A DNA stretch of 64,000 nucleotides from an uncultured virus (IMG/VR IMGVR_UViG_3300021958_000021) (IMGVR_UViG_3300021958_000021:62001-126000), one strand, 5' to 3'. Positions 30,750-39,530 are shown, numbered from the stretch's first letter. Made by a program: numbers and translations. The notes: generated by a model not told the origin, from the letters alone.

Positions 30750-31231
30750 TGTAATCTCTCCTGCATTTTTTTAGCGTGTTGTATTCTTTCTTCATTTGAG
30801 TAAAACTGAGCAGTAGTTTCCATCAATTGATTGAATTGTTCGGGTGAAGCATAATTGACCCCATTACTCTCAAAGTCATCATAACCGACAAACTCTAGTT
30901 CTCCAATCAATTCATCTATTGCTTCCTTAACTTCTTTATCAGAAACCAAAGTATAGTCTAACTTACCCATACCCGCCATTGTGTATTCGGGGTCATCTTC
31001 CAAATCAATGTTTTCTTTAGTTTCTTTTGCTTGTTTTATTGTAGGTTTTCCTATATTTTTCATAGGTCTTTTTGTATTGGCTTCGGAACCATAGACAGAA
31101 TAAACTACGGCTTGATTAAAATAAGGAGTCCAATAGTTCGTATCTTCTTCTGATTGACTTCCTTGATATAAAAAGGGAGTTTCTGTCCCCCCAATAGAAT
31201 ATGGAGATTTCAAAACAGTTTTCCAACCCAT
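30746..31231 (-). CDS. Tagged protein, paralog of 6157..6792 (possible ART-like)
   Basis: MGWKTVLKS; FLYQG..YWTP..QAVVYSVYGS..KPTIKQA. Confidence 0.6.
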   Translation of the reverse strand: MGWKTVLKSPYSIGGTETPFLYQGSQSEEDTNYWTPYFNQAVVYSVYGSEANTKRPMKNIGKPTIKQAKETKENIDLEDDPEYTMAGMGKLDYTLVSDKEVKEAIDELIGELEFVGYDDFESNGVNYASPEQFNQLMETTAQFYSNEERIQHAKKMQERLQ

Positions 31232-31232
31232 T

Positions 31233-31487
31233 TTAATCCCTCATCGCTTCTTCCTGCTTTTTCTCATAACATGACCTGCATCCTGAAATCCAATTGTCAT
31301 TGGGTTTTCTTGGGTCTATTGGGCCACTTACTTCTTGAACTCCTTCGCAACCTCTCAATGCAATTCTGCATGGTTTCAATGGGGTTCTAAACTCTCCTTC
31401 GTCGGAAAAGTCCACATCGTTCAAAGTGGGAAGAAGGTAAATCTCTCTATGGTCTATCCTTTTAAGAATTTTTTCTTTCCAACTCAT
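31233..31487 (-). CDS. Tagged small Cys-containing protein
   Basis: Probable start MSWKEKILKR; C..C...CRSC. Confidence 0.6.
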   Translation of the reverse strand: MSWKEKILKRIDHREIYLLPTLNDVDFSDEGEFRTPLKPCRIALRGCEGVQEVSGPIDPRKPNDNWISGCRSCYEKKQEEAMRD

Positions 31488-31503
31488 TGTAATCTTTCCT
31501 GCA

Positions 31504-31710
31504 TTAAAATCTTCCTTTAGCATGAAGTAAATCCTTTTTCTTTAATTCAAACCTTAGTGCTTCAAATGTATCTTTATCATATTTATCTTCTAAGGACTTG
31601 ATATAAAATCTAATTAATTTTTTTTCTTCTTCGTCAAACTTATCCATATTATCCTGTGCTAATCTAATAAAATTAGATGCGTCATTTTTTACTATATCTT
31701 TCCAACTCAT
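31504..31710 (-). CDS. Tagged small protein
   Basis: N-terminus MSWKDIVKN. Confidence 0.6.
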   Translation of the reverse strand: MSWKDIVKNDASNFIRLAQDNMDKFDEEEKKLIRFYIKSLEDKYDKDTFEALRFELKKKDLLHAKGRF

Positions 31711-32384
31711 TGTAATCTCTCCTGCATTTTACTTTTAATGTCCAACCAAATCTCAGGATTGTTCTGTGCAAGCACTTCTTGAACAATCTGCATTTGTGCG
31801 ACAATAATGGTGTCCTGTCTCTTGTGAATCAATTTACCCTTAAACTCCATAAGATACTTCAAAGATTCTCTAATCTCTCTTGCTAACTTAGTAAGAGCAT
31901 CAATCATCTTAGGGTCTAACTCATTCCCCAATTCATCAAAGACTTGCTCTAATCTTAATTCTAACTTAGCAACATTGTTTGAGAGAGAATCAATCTCATT
32001 TACTTCTTTTTTGGCTATCATCATGGCCGCAGATTCTTGCACGATTGGCGTTAAGTGGTGCTTCATGTGGCGTTGCACCTGTGCTTTTGTAATGTTCAAG
32101 GCCGAAGAAACCCCCTCACTTGAAACATTTCCTTCGGAAAGCGCACTTTCATAATGTTTTCTCATAGGGTCGGTGCATAAAGCACACTTAGGATTTGACG
32201 ACATTTCATATTCTCCCATGTGGTTTCTTTGATGTTGAGCGGAAGTCCCACTTCGCCAACCATGAACAATATCCATTTCATCACAAGACATTGTGCGGTT
32301 TTCAAGAGAGGCTTCAAGTGCTTCCCTTTGTTCACTTTGACACAACCCACAACGCTTTCTAGTTGTCATAGTATCACAAACCAC
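31707..32384 (-). CDS. Putative terminase small subunit / Zn-binding HTH protein
   Basis: Two CxxC...HxxxH repeats with HTH-like segments and a helical C-terminus; lies upstream of terL. Confidence 0.45.
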   Translation of the reverse strand: MVCDTMTTRKRCGLCQSEQREALEASLENRTMSCDEMDIVHGWRSGTSAQHQRNHMGEYEMSSNPKCALCTDPMRKHYESALSEGNVSSEGVSSALNITKAQVQRHMKHHLTPIVQESAAMMIAKKEVNEIDSLSNNVAKLELRLEQVFDELGNELDPKMIDALTKLAREIRESLKYLMEFKGKLIHKRQDTIIVAQMQIVQEVLAQNNPEIWLDIKSKMQERLQ

Positions 32385-33454
32385 TTTTTAACTTCATCCT
32401 TTTTAGTGTCGGGTGCTTTTGCTCTAGGGCTTCTAATATAACTATTTTTAATTAAATTAGCCATAGCACCATTAGTTAATAATTCTATTCTAAAGTTAGG
32501 AACAGGGTGAGACAAAACATTGTTGCCTTTAATTGAAGAAAGTTTCTTTCCAGTAATTGCCGCAGTAATTAATCGCTTAAACTGAGTATTTTCCGAACCT
32601 GTAAAGTTTTGCGAATTTAATTCATTTCTAAAGCCAGTTAAGTTATACTTACCATTTTTGTAAAATCGCTTAGCGTTTTTAATGACCCACGATTTAACTT
32701 GAGGTATTTGGGCTAAGGAATCAGAAGAGACTTTTCTTAAAGTAGGAATAGCAGGGGCTTTCATTTTTTCTAAGCCATCTTTTAGCACTTCAAGCAAACC
32801 GCCTTTAGGAAACATATCGCCTCCATAGATTGCTTGATATAGCGGAGGTTCCGCAGTATTGGGTTCTGTGCTACTCCATTTCTCATATCCCGCCATAAGT
32901 TTAACTTTAGGATAGCGAGCCTTAAAATAATCATCAAGATAGTGTCCGTAGATAGTTTCTTTTTCTTTTGTAGGAATCCGTAATTTACCTTTAACCATTC
33001 TAAATTTTTTGGGTCGCTTAAATTTAATATTTTGTGGATTTAGGGTGTCATCGTCTAAAAAATCTTCTAATAGCGTGATAAACTTTTCAACAATTTTCTT
33101 ATCTAATTCAGTAAAAATTTGCTTATTTACGATTTCCTTTTCAATTTCATTGAGAACAGTATAAATACCAGTAGAGCCTTTATTTGGAGAATTTGCTCTA
33201 GCAACCGAAGAAGTAACATGGTTACTTACTTGCCCTAAAAGGTCTTTAGGTATCACTTTTTGTTTTGGATTTTTAGTGCCTCCTTCTCCTTGAGGGGGTT
33301 TTGGGCTAATGTCACTAGTTTTATATTTTCGGGCAGTTTCTTTCCATTTTGCAAAGGCCGCGCCTAAATCAAAAGAGCCGCCAATTTCAACGGGATTACC
33401 ATTAACTACTTCAATGCTCTTCTTCTCTTTCTTCGGAATCGTCTTCACCCCCAT
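32366..33454 (-). CDS. Basic hypothetical protein
   Basis: K-rich ORF; start codon uncertain; ends KKWFVIL. Confidence 0.6.
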   Translation of the reverse strand: MGVKTIPKKEKKSIEVVNGNPVEIGGSFDLGAAFAKWKETARKYKTSDISPKPPQGEGGTKNPKQKVIPKDLLGQVSNHVTSSVARANSPNKGSTGIYTVLNEIEKEIVNKQIFTELDKKIVEKFITLLEDFLDDDTLNPQNIKFKRPKKFRMVKGKLRIPTKEKETIYGHYLDDYFKARYPKVKLMAGYEKWSSTEPNTAEPPLYQAIYGGDMFPKGGLLEVLKDGLEKMKAPAIPTLRKVSSDSLAQIPQVKSWVIKNAKRFYKNGKYNLTGFRNELNSQNFTGSENTQFKRLITAAITGKKLSSIKGNNVLSHPVPNFRIELLTNGAMANLIKNSYIRSPRAKAPDTKKDEVKKWFVIL

Positions 33455-34262
33455 ATTTAATGTGATAAATGTTTGAATTAGAGCCACCGTTAAAGGCTAC
33501 TCCCCCTGCTTCCTTGAGGGTGTCCTCCGTATATATCCTTTCTGCTTTGTTAATATCAGAGATTAGGTTCCTAATCTTCCTAAGTGGTATTTTAATTCTG
33601 TCTCTCGGTTCATCTTCAATGGCTTGATTCAAAGCACCAATAATATCATCATAGTTATCAAATGAAGTTAGGCGACTCACTAATTTATTTAAATCAACTT
33701 CATAGTGCTTAAGAGAAGGGTCGCCCATGATTACTTCTTCTACCTTAGAAGCACTATATTCTTTTTCTTTTACGGGTTTTTCAATTTTTCTTGCAGCAAT
33801 TAATTCTTCTCGGCTTCTTGCTAATTCTGGCCCATCACTATCTACAAAGCCAAGGTCAAATAATTTCTTATTGCTTTTTATATTATCTTTATTACCAATA
33901 TAACTAACTATAGAATAATTATCCTCCGAATCTTTTTGAACCGCCCAAACATAACCATTAGCAATAAGACTAAATTGATATCCGACTTTCATTCCGGCAA
34001 AAGGAGTATATTTCATATTTAATGTATTTTCAAATTTTACTAGCATATTTTTGAAATAGAATCCGCCGTCTAATGGCCTTGGGTCATTACTTTCGTCAAA
34101 GCCCATCATTCGTTTCATAGCATGACCAAAGACCCTAAAGCCTTCAATTTCAACAGAATCACTTTCTTCCATGTCTGCATATTCTTCAAGCCATTTAGGA
34201 ACTTCTCCCTCAAAAATTTTACGCTTGAGAATTTCCTCCCATTTAAGAATATCAAACCACAT
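33411..34262 (-). CDS. Doubly tagged hypothetical protein
   Basis: Probable start MWFDILKWEEILKRK (tandem tag). Confidence 0.65.
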   Translation of the reverse strand: MWFDILKWEEILKRKIFEGEVPKWLEEYADMEESDSVEIEGFRVFGHAMKRMMGFDESNDPRPLDGGFYFKNMLVKFENTLNMKYTPFAGMKVGYQFSLIANGYVWAVQKDSEDNYSIVSYIGNKDNIKSNKKLFDLGFVDSDGPELARSREELIAARKIEKPVKEKEYSASKVEEVIMGDPSLKHYEVDLNKLVSRLTSFDNYDDIIGALNQAIEDEPRDRIKIPLRKIRNLISDINKAERIYTEDTLKEAGGVAFNGGSNSNIYHIKYGGEDDSEEREEEH

Positions 34263-34798
34263 TATGATAACTCCCAATGTTTTTTAACGGCTTGCATAAG
34301 TGAGGGGTCTTCGCTTTCAATAATAATTCTAGTAAAATATCCCCCTACAGGAGTTTCAGGGTCGGTCTTACAATAAATAACCAAAACTATTTCACCCACA
34401 TACTCTGCTGAATCGTCAGAAGAACGCCTAAGAACATCGTTAGAATAATACATAAGAACATATTCTACACCGTTGCTTAATTCTCCGCCTTTATCAATTT
34501 CTGCCTCTACGGGATAAGAAAAAGATGTTATTGAATTAAACATTTCATCAACCTTTTCTACAAGTTCACAAGCAATATGTTCAGGCATATTTGACATTGT
34601 TGATTCATCATTAAAATAAACTCCTTTATTTCTTCTTGACAGCCTCATTAATCGTTTTTGAAAATTAATCAACTTTTTCCTACATTTATCGTCTACTTTA
34701 ATGTTGATATTCCTTCCATCGGCATCGCCTTGAAATTGGCCTTGCGATTGGCGACTTAATGAAGATAAGTCTAACTTAAGTAAATTAAACCACATCAT
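34262..34798 (-). CDS. Tagged protein, paralog of 34795..35310
   Basis: MWFNLLKLDLS...QGDADGRNINI. Confidence 0.65.
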   Translation of the reverse strand: MMWFNLLKLDLSSLSRQSQGQFQGDADGRNINIKVDDKCRKKLINFQKRLMRLSRRNKGVYFNDESTMSNMPEHIACELVEKVDEMFNSITSFSYPVEAEIDKGGELSNGVEYVLMYYSNDVLRRSSDDSAEYVGEIVLVIYCKTDPETPVGGYFTRIIIESEDPSLMQAVKKHWELS

Positions 34799-35310
34799 GC
34801 TCTCTCCCAACAAGATTGGATTTTGTCGTATCTTTCTTTTGCTAATTTTTCACTATAAACTTTCTCAAATCCAACCTTTATCTTGTGGTCTTTCTTAAAG
34901 CCATAATTCGTTTCTATTGGGCCTATTAATGTGATAACAAAAGGTGAATACCCTTCTGCTAAAACGCCATGAATATCAAGGCTATAATGGCCCCCACTAT
35001 AGCCTCTATTACGCCAATTATTTAGAGAAGCGGATTGGGGCGTTGGTTTAGGCCCACTAAAAAACTTATCTAAATTCTCTACAAGCAAACAAAAAAGTTC
35101 TTCTGGAATCCCACGGTCAATGTGTTCGTTTGATATGGAATAATTAAACCACGGGTCTTGACCAAATTCATCATATAAGTTTCTAATAAATCTGTAATAT
35201 TTCTCTTCACATGATTTATCTTCTGAGATATTGATATTCCTACCTTCTGCATCACCTTGTATTTGAGAAGACACTTGGGAAAGGTCTAACTTAACAATAT
35301 CAAACCACAT
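34795..35310 (-). CDS. Tagged protein, paralog of 34262..34798
   Basis: MWFDIVKLDLS...QGDAEGRNINI. Confidence 0.65.
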   Translation of the reverse strand: MWFDIVKLDLSQVSSQIQGDAEGRNINISEDKSCEEKYYRFIRNLYDEFGQDPWFNYSISNEHIDRGIPEELFCLLVENLDKFFSGPKPTPQSASLNNWRNRGYSGGHYSLDIHGVLAEGYSPFVITLIGPIETNYGFKKDHKIKVGFEKVYSEKLAKERYDKIQSCWERA

Positions 35311-36066
35311 TCAATCATCTCTTTTCAAGATATTAAACCATTCGCTCTTACCAAAATAGCCCATTCCTCTTTTTTTAGAACGACCTGTTCTTTCCGACAT
35401 TCTTCTTCTACTTGCTTCGGCGGCTTCTTCATCAAAAACAATTTCTGGGCGATTTTCCCTTTCCATATCTTTCATATACAAAGAAGTAGGCGATTCGTCA
35501 TCGGTTTTTGCTTGTTCACGAATAGCATTAGGTTCTACAACATCTAAATATAATACGGCAGAAACAATAGTATGTTTAATAAAATTAGTGTAGTCGGGGA
35601 CATCAATAACTTCAGTTAATGTAGAAGTCAAAGATTTTCCATTATCCATAAATTTTTGCTTGATGTTTTTTAACAAGTCTTGCTTTTCAGCAGAATCGGG
35701 ATGACCTGCCACAATTTCACTAATATGGCCCTGTCCAATTATTTTAGCAAGGGATAAAACATCAAGTTCTCCTATTTTGTCTGGAATGCCGTCTTCTTTA
35801 TTAAAATCACTATTTTCTTTAATTTTTTGTTTATTTTTTCTTTCTGAGGGCTGGTCGTTTATAACCTCTAACAATGGACTAAGCCAGCCACCCATAAATT
35901 GTTCACAGATAAAATATGCCTCTTCTTCATTAAGAGGAGGCATAGTTTCTTCATAAGTTAATTTAACTGTTTTGTAGGCCAATGATTTAAGTGCAGAGCC
36001 TTGAGCCAACTTAGATATAACATTTCCTTGAAAAACACCTTCTACGATTTCTTTCAAATCAACCAT
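35311..36066 (-). CDS. Hypothetical protein with C-terminal WFNILK
   Basis: 251 aa; AGGTGA RBS; ends SEWFNILKRDD. Confidence 0.65.
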   Translation of the reverse strand: MVDLKEIVEGVFQGNVISKLAQGSALKSLAYKTVKLTYEETMPPLNEEEAYFICEQFMGGWLSPLLEVINDQPSERKNKQKIKENSDFNKEDGIPDKIGELDVLSLAKIIGQGHISEIVAGHPDSAEKQDLLKNIKQKFMDNGKSLTSTLTEVIDVPDYTNFIKHTIVSAVLYLDVVEPNAIREQAKTDDESPTSLYMKDMERENRPEIVFDEEAAEASRRRMSERTGRSKKRGMGYFGKSEWFNILKRDD

Positions 36067-36079
36067 AATATCACCTTTC

Positions 36080-36220
36080 TCAAAAAATAGTCACAATAGA
36101 CAAACTAAACACAACCAACAGAACCGCATAAACGCTATTCCAACCCTTAGTAAAAATACCGTTGCGGTATTCCAAGTTATCCAACATATTGTCAATAAAT
36201 CTCTCTAGGTATGCGTCCAT
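36080..36220 (-). CDS. Small single-TM protein (46 aa, not in the ORF track)
   Basis: Hand-translated MDAYLERF...VYAVLLVVFSLSIVTIF; GAGGAG RBS. Confidence 0.55.
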   Translation of the reverse strand: MDAYLERFIDNMLDNLEYRNGIFTKGWNSVYAVLLVVFSLSIVTIF

Positions 36221-36287
36221 GCTATCTCCTCAAAAAATTCTCAAAAAATTTCCGGCGGAATTTTTCAAGTTAGGAATCAGAATTTTT

Positions 36288-36503
36288 TTACTCACCAAAG
36301 TCTTGTAGAATTTCAAAAGCCGCTTCTAAGTGTTTGACCACTTCTCTAATATCGTCAGCAGAATCTTTTGGGAATCCCGCCATAAACTCAGGAGAAAACA
36401 ACATTCCTATCTTTTCTCCCAAATCCTTTTTAATTCTACGAAGAGTTTGAACTCTTCTTTCTACATCTTCTTTTTCGTCTTGTTTTATAATATCTTCCCA
36501 CAT
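36288..36503 (-). CDS. Tagged small helical protein
   Basis: Probable start MWEDIIKQD. Confidence 0.6.
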   Translation of the reverse strand: MWEDIIKQDEKEDVERRVQTLRRIKKDLGEKIGMLFSPEFMAGFPKDSADDIREVVKHLEAAFEILQDFGE

Positions 36504-36521
36504 AACAATCACTTTTTCAGT

Positions 36522-36785
36522 TCAAGAAAAGTTCAATATTTCTACTAATTTTTCGTATTCGCTATCTATTCTTTCAACGGCTTTTTCAGCACCTTTAACT
36601 TTCTCAACTGCGAACTTAGCCATGTCTAAAATATAATCGGCTTTTAAATCTGCTTCATCTTCTTCTTCGCTGTCTCTCAAAACCCCTTCCATTTCATGAA
36701 TCCTATTTTTCAATCGTATCAGCAATTTTTCTAAAACAGGAAGTAGGTCTTCTTCGTCTTGTTTGATAATATTTTCCCAATTCAT
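36522..36785 (-). CDS. Tagged small helical protein
   Basis: Probable start MNWENIIKQD. Confidence 0.6.
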   Translation of the reverse strand: MNWENIIKQDEEDLLPVLEKLLIRLKNRIHEMEGVLRDSEEEDEADLKADYILDMAKFAVEKVKGAEKAVERIDSEYEKLVEILNFS

Positions 36786-36786
36786 C

Positions 36787-36999
36787 TTAATCATCTCTAT
36801 CAGATTTTTTTCCTGCTTCTTGCTTATGTTCTCTTAAAGCGGCCACATATTTGTCAAGAGCATTTTTAACTTCTGTATATTCTGCCCCACCTACATAAAA
36901 TCGTGTCATTTCCGTTTTTACCCGCAAAGCCCTTGCTATCATATCATCTACATTTTGCCTATAATTTTTGTTGTATTTGACAATATTTTCCCAATTCAT
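36787..36999 (-). CDS. Tagged small helical protein
   Basis: Probable start MNWENIVKY; AGGTGA RBS; 26-bp repeat 36768-36793 = 36982-37007. Confidence 0.6.
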   Translation of the reverse strand: MNWENIVKYNKNYRQNVDDMIARALRVKTEMTRFYVGGAEYTEVKNALDKYVAALREHKQEAGKKSDRDD

Positions 37000-37120
37000 C
37001 TTAATCACCTTAATTTCTCAAAATTTGGCTCGGAATTTTTTTACGACTAGCGTTTTTTTTTATGAATTTTTTTATGTATTTCCAGAATAAAAAATATTTT
37101 TTTAATTAATTGTTTATTGT

Positions 37121-37462
37121 TTATTTTTTTTCTTTTTCCAATTCATCTAATCTTATTTGTATTGTTTTCTTTTTATGATAAAATGGAATAAGACTTTCTT
37201 TCAATTCTCGTAGTTTTCTTGCAATTTGTTTTAATTTAACCTTATTCTCAGGTAAAGTTTGAGTATTCTTTTTAGATGTATTTGATTTGATGTCTGCCAA
37301 AATATCATTAATAGATTCATTAATAGCAGTAATCTGAGGTAAGACTTCATCCAAACTATTCAATGGATTGCCCCCGTTATACGGAACGAGCCTCACGGTA
37401 TAAAAATGCCGATGCGAGGGGCAATATGTGGGTTCAAAAGGGGCAAAATAACCCATTTTCAA
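37121..37462 (-). CDS. Possible hypothetical protein
   Basis: 113 aa ORF in the AT-rich strand-switch region; no clear RBS. Confidence 0.3.
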   Translation of the reverse strand: MKMGYFAPFEPTYCPSHRHFYTVRLVPYNGGNPLNSLDEVLPQITAINESINDILADIKSNTSKKNTQTLPENKVKLKQIARKLRELKESLIPFYHKKKTIQIRLDELEKEKK

Positions 37463-37705
37463 TCAAAGAATATTAATGAATTAACGATTAATTCAGAAAA
37501 AAATCGGAAACAAAGCCATATGGTTGTAGATACTTCTATTATAACTATATATATCTATTTAAAACTATTTATTTTATTTATGTCATTTCAATCTATTTAT
37601 CCTACCATATGGTTTTCTTTGCTACAACCCGCCTTTTGAATGCAAATTGCGCTTAGTGTCGGCTATGGTGGCCTCAACCGAAAAAACACAAAAGAAGGTG
37701 AAAAA

Positions 37706-38203
37706 ATGGATATGAACAATCAAAAATTCAACGAAAGAACTTCCGACATTCTAATTTGGATGCAGGAAAACGATATTGGCGCACTAGAGCCAATGATTCA
37801 AGGTCAAATTAATTATGGCCGTGGATTGACTGACGAAAAGCAAATCGGTAAGATTTGGAACGCTATTCGTGAAATGTTGGGGACTCTTCCCGAATCCCCA
37901 ATTAAGCGAGGTAAGCAGAGCAGCCTCCCAACCGAGGTTTCTGTTCTTGTTGATTCTTTGGCTAATGATGCGCTTTCTGCACATTTGACGCTAATCAACA
38001 CCGGCGACATGAATCTTTTGCTTTGCCGATTGGGCAAGAAAGCAAACGGTTTGTGGGATGATGAAGAATACGGTGATGCTATGGCTAACCGTGTGAAACA
38101 ATCGCTCATTAAGCGTTATAATCTTGGAATTTGGGACGGAACCCGTGAAGGTCTGTCTTCTCAAGACTTTAGCGTAATTGTGGAGGACTCCGAAGAGGAG
38201 TAA
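37706..38203 (+). CDS. Paralog family member 1 (WxAIRE...SPIKRG...GxWDG)
   Basis: AGGTGA RBS then MDMNNQK; WNAIREMLGTLPESPIKRG; GIWDGT. Confidence 0.8.
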   Translation: MDMNNQKFNERTSDILIWMQENDIGALEPMIQGQINYGRGLTDEKQIGKIWNAIREMLGTLPESPIKRGKQSSLPTEVSVLVDSLANDALSAHLTLINTGDMNLLLCRLGKKANGLWDDEEYGDAMANRVKQSLIKRYNLGIWDGTREGLSSQDFSVIVEDSEEE

Positions 38204-38241
38204 CCTCCACTTTTGTAAATAAATCGGGAAAGGCCACCATA

Positions 38242-38540
38242 TGCCCCCTTTTCCTATTCTCGCTGGATATACCGGTTAAGCCAGCATAGAACCAAAGCCC
38301 TGAACACTCACAAAGTAGTCAAATGTGGGCGAAGTATTGTAATACCCAATAGACCGACGGTGAGGGGTTTCTGACGCTTCCGATATTTTGATGAAATGCA
38401 AACGATAAGTAGGGGTGGCGGTTTTCTTCTCCTTTTGGGGGAAAGCGCACAAAAGAACGATAACCCACATGGCGGCATTTTTATGCCCTGTGTTGAAATT
38501 GGGAGTTATTTAGTAATTGTGCGCTTTCTCCCAGTCTCCG
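38242..38540 (+). ncRNA. Candidate structured RNA in the intergenic region
   Basis: GGGGAAAGCGCACAA (~38438-38452) pairs with TTGTGCGCTTTCTCC (~38517-38531); further GCTGG/CCAGC and GGCAT/ATGCC stems; no credible ORF. Confidence 0.45.
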
Positions 38541-38629
38541 AGGTTGTTTTTAGTGAAACTAAGCAAAGTGAGACACAACCATATGGTTTTCTTTTGTAAA
38601 CTCGGTTTATTATGACATTATTCCCAAAA

Positions 38630-38884
38630 TAACATGAAGAAACATCTTTCTTTCAAACCCATAGGTGAAATAAACCCAAACATCATTGAAAAACACCAAG
38701 CCCTCTTTATACGCTCGGTGAACAATCAAATAAGATATGCTAGCATTGTCACAAAAAACGAATGAGGCTCCGCCCGTTTTGATGTCGCCTGTTCGGGCAT
38801 CATGTATTTTTCCCGAAAAAATGGGATTGTGCAGGGAATGATAGAAAGAGGGGAAAACAGGCTCTTTCCCCTCTTTCGCCCTGC
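38630..38884 (+). ncRNA. Candidate ORF-less ncRNA unit of the array
   Basis: Same palindrome and TTTATTAT upstream as the coding units; ends in a 13-bp hairpin (38844-38877); no ORF of 60 aa or more. Confidence 0.45.
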
Positions 38885-39014
38885 GAGGTAGTTTTAGTTA
38901 ATTTACGAAAGATTTACTACCATATGGTTTGCTTTGCAAACTTGGTTTATTATCCCAAATACTCCCAAACAATGCCGTAAGGTGTGTAATCAAAAAACAA
39001 AGGAGATGAAAAAC

Positions 39015-39530
39015 ATGGACGAAAAAACAGCACATGAACGGGCTAACGAGATTCTCGCATGGCTCAAGGTAAATGGAGAAACCGCAGGGGCTTTGGCTCC
39101 TATGGTTGAGGGCCAATGTAATTATTTGCTTGCCCTTGAAGACGACAAAAACCGAGGAAAGGTTTGGGCGGCTATTCGTGAGATGCTCGGCACTTTGGAG
39201 GAATCCCCAATTAAGCGAGGGACTCGCTCAAACCTCACGGCAGAACAAGACGCAGTTATCGCAAATATCGGCAACCGCATCATGCAAGCCTTTGCTCAAA
39301 TTGGAGAATGGACTTTGATTCAACAGGTTTTCCCCGAATCCACCCGAAAGGGTCAATATGGGGATGTGGAGGCATACGCCGACCACATGCGCCGAAAGGC
39401 CGAAACCAACATGAAAACGGCAATTCGTGAAGAACGCTTTACGGGTCTATTTGATGGTGATTCGCAAAATATCACCATCACGCCAGCAGAACCCCCACAA
39501 AACGCTGAAAGCGGGGAGGCTCAAGAGTAA
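39015..39530 (+). CDS. Paralog family member 2
   Basis: AGGAGATGAAAAACATG start; WAAIREMLGTLEESPIKRG. Confidence 0.8.
   Translation: MDEKTAHERANEILAWLKVNGETAGALAPMVEGQCNYLLALEDDKNRGKVWAAIREMLGTLEESPIKRGTRSNLTAEQDAVIANIGNRIMQAFAQIGEWTLIQQVFPESTRKGQYGDVEAYADHMRRKAETNMKTAIREERFTGLFDGDSQNITITPAEPPQNAESGEAQE

Larger units (their letters stand above)
30287..31727. repeat. Four dispersed direct repeats (consensus CCAACTCATTGTAATCTCTCCTGCAT) at gene junctions
   Basis: Copies at 30287-30312, 30741-30766, 31479-31504 and 31702-31727; 30732-30769 and 31693-31730 are identical over 38 bp. Confidence 0.92.

Noticed and set aside
30287..31727. Integron or transposon explanation for the junction repeats
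   Set aside because: No integrase or transposase is in the window; the repeats are direct and coincide with translation signals, without attC-like palindromy
1246..36548. Plus-strand ORFs in the morphogenesis arm (e.g. 8616, 9024, 10314, 27710)
   Set aside because: They are antisense shadows of long minus-strand genes, with Ser/Phe-rich composition and no evident RBS
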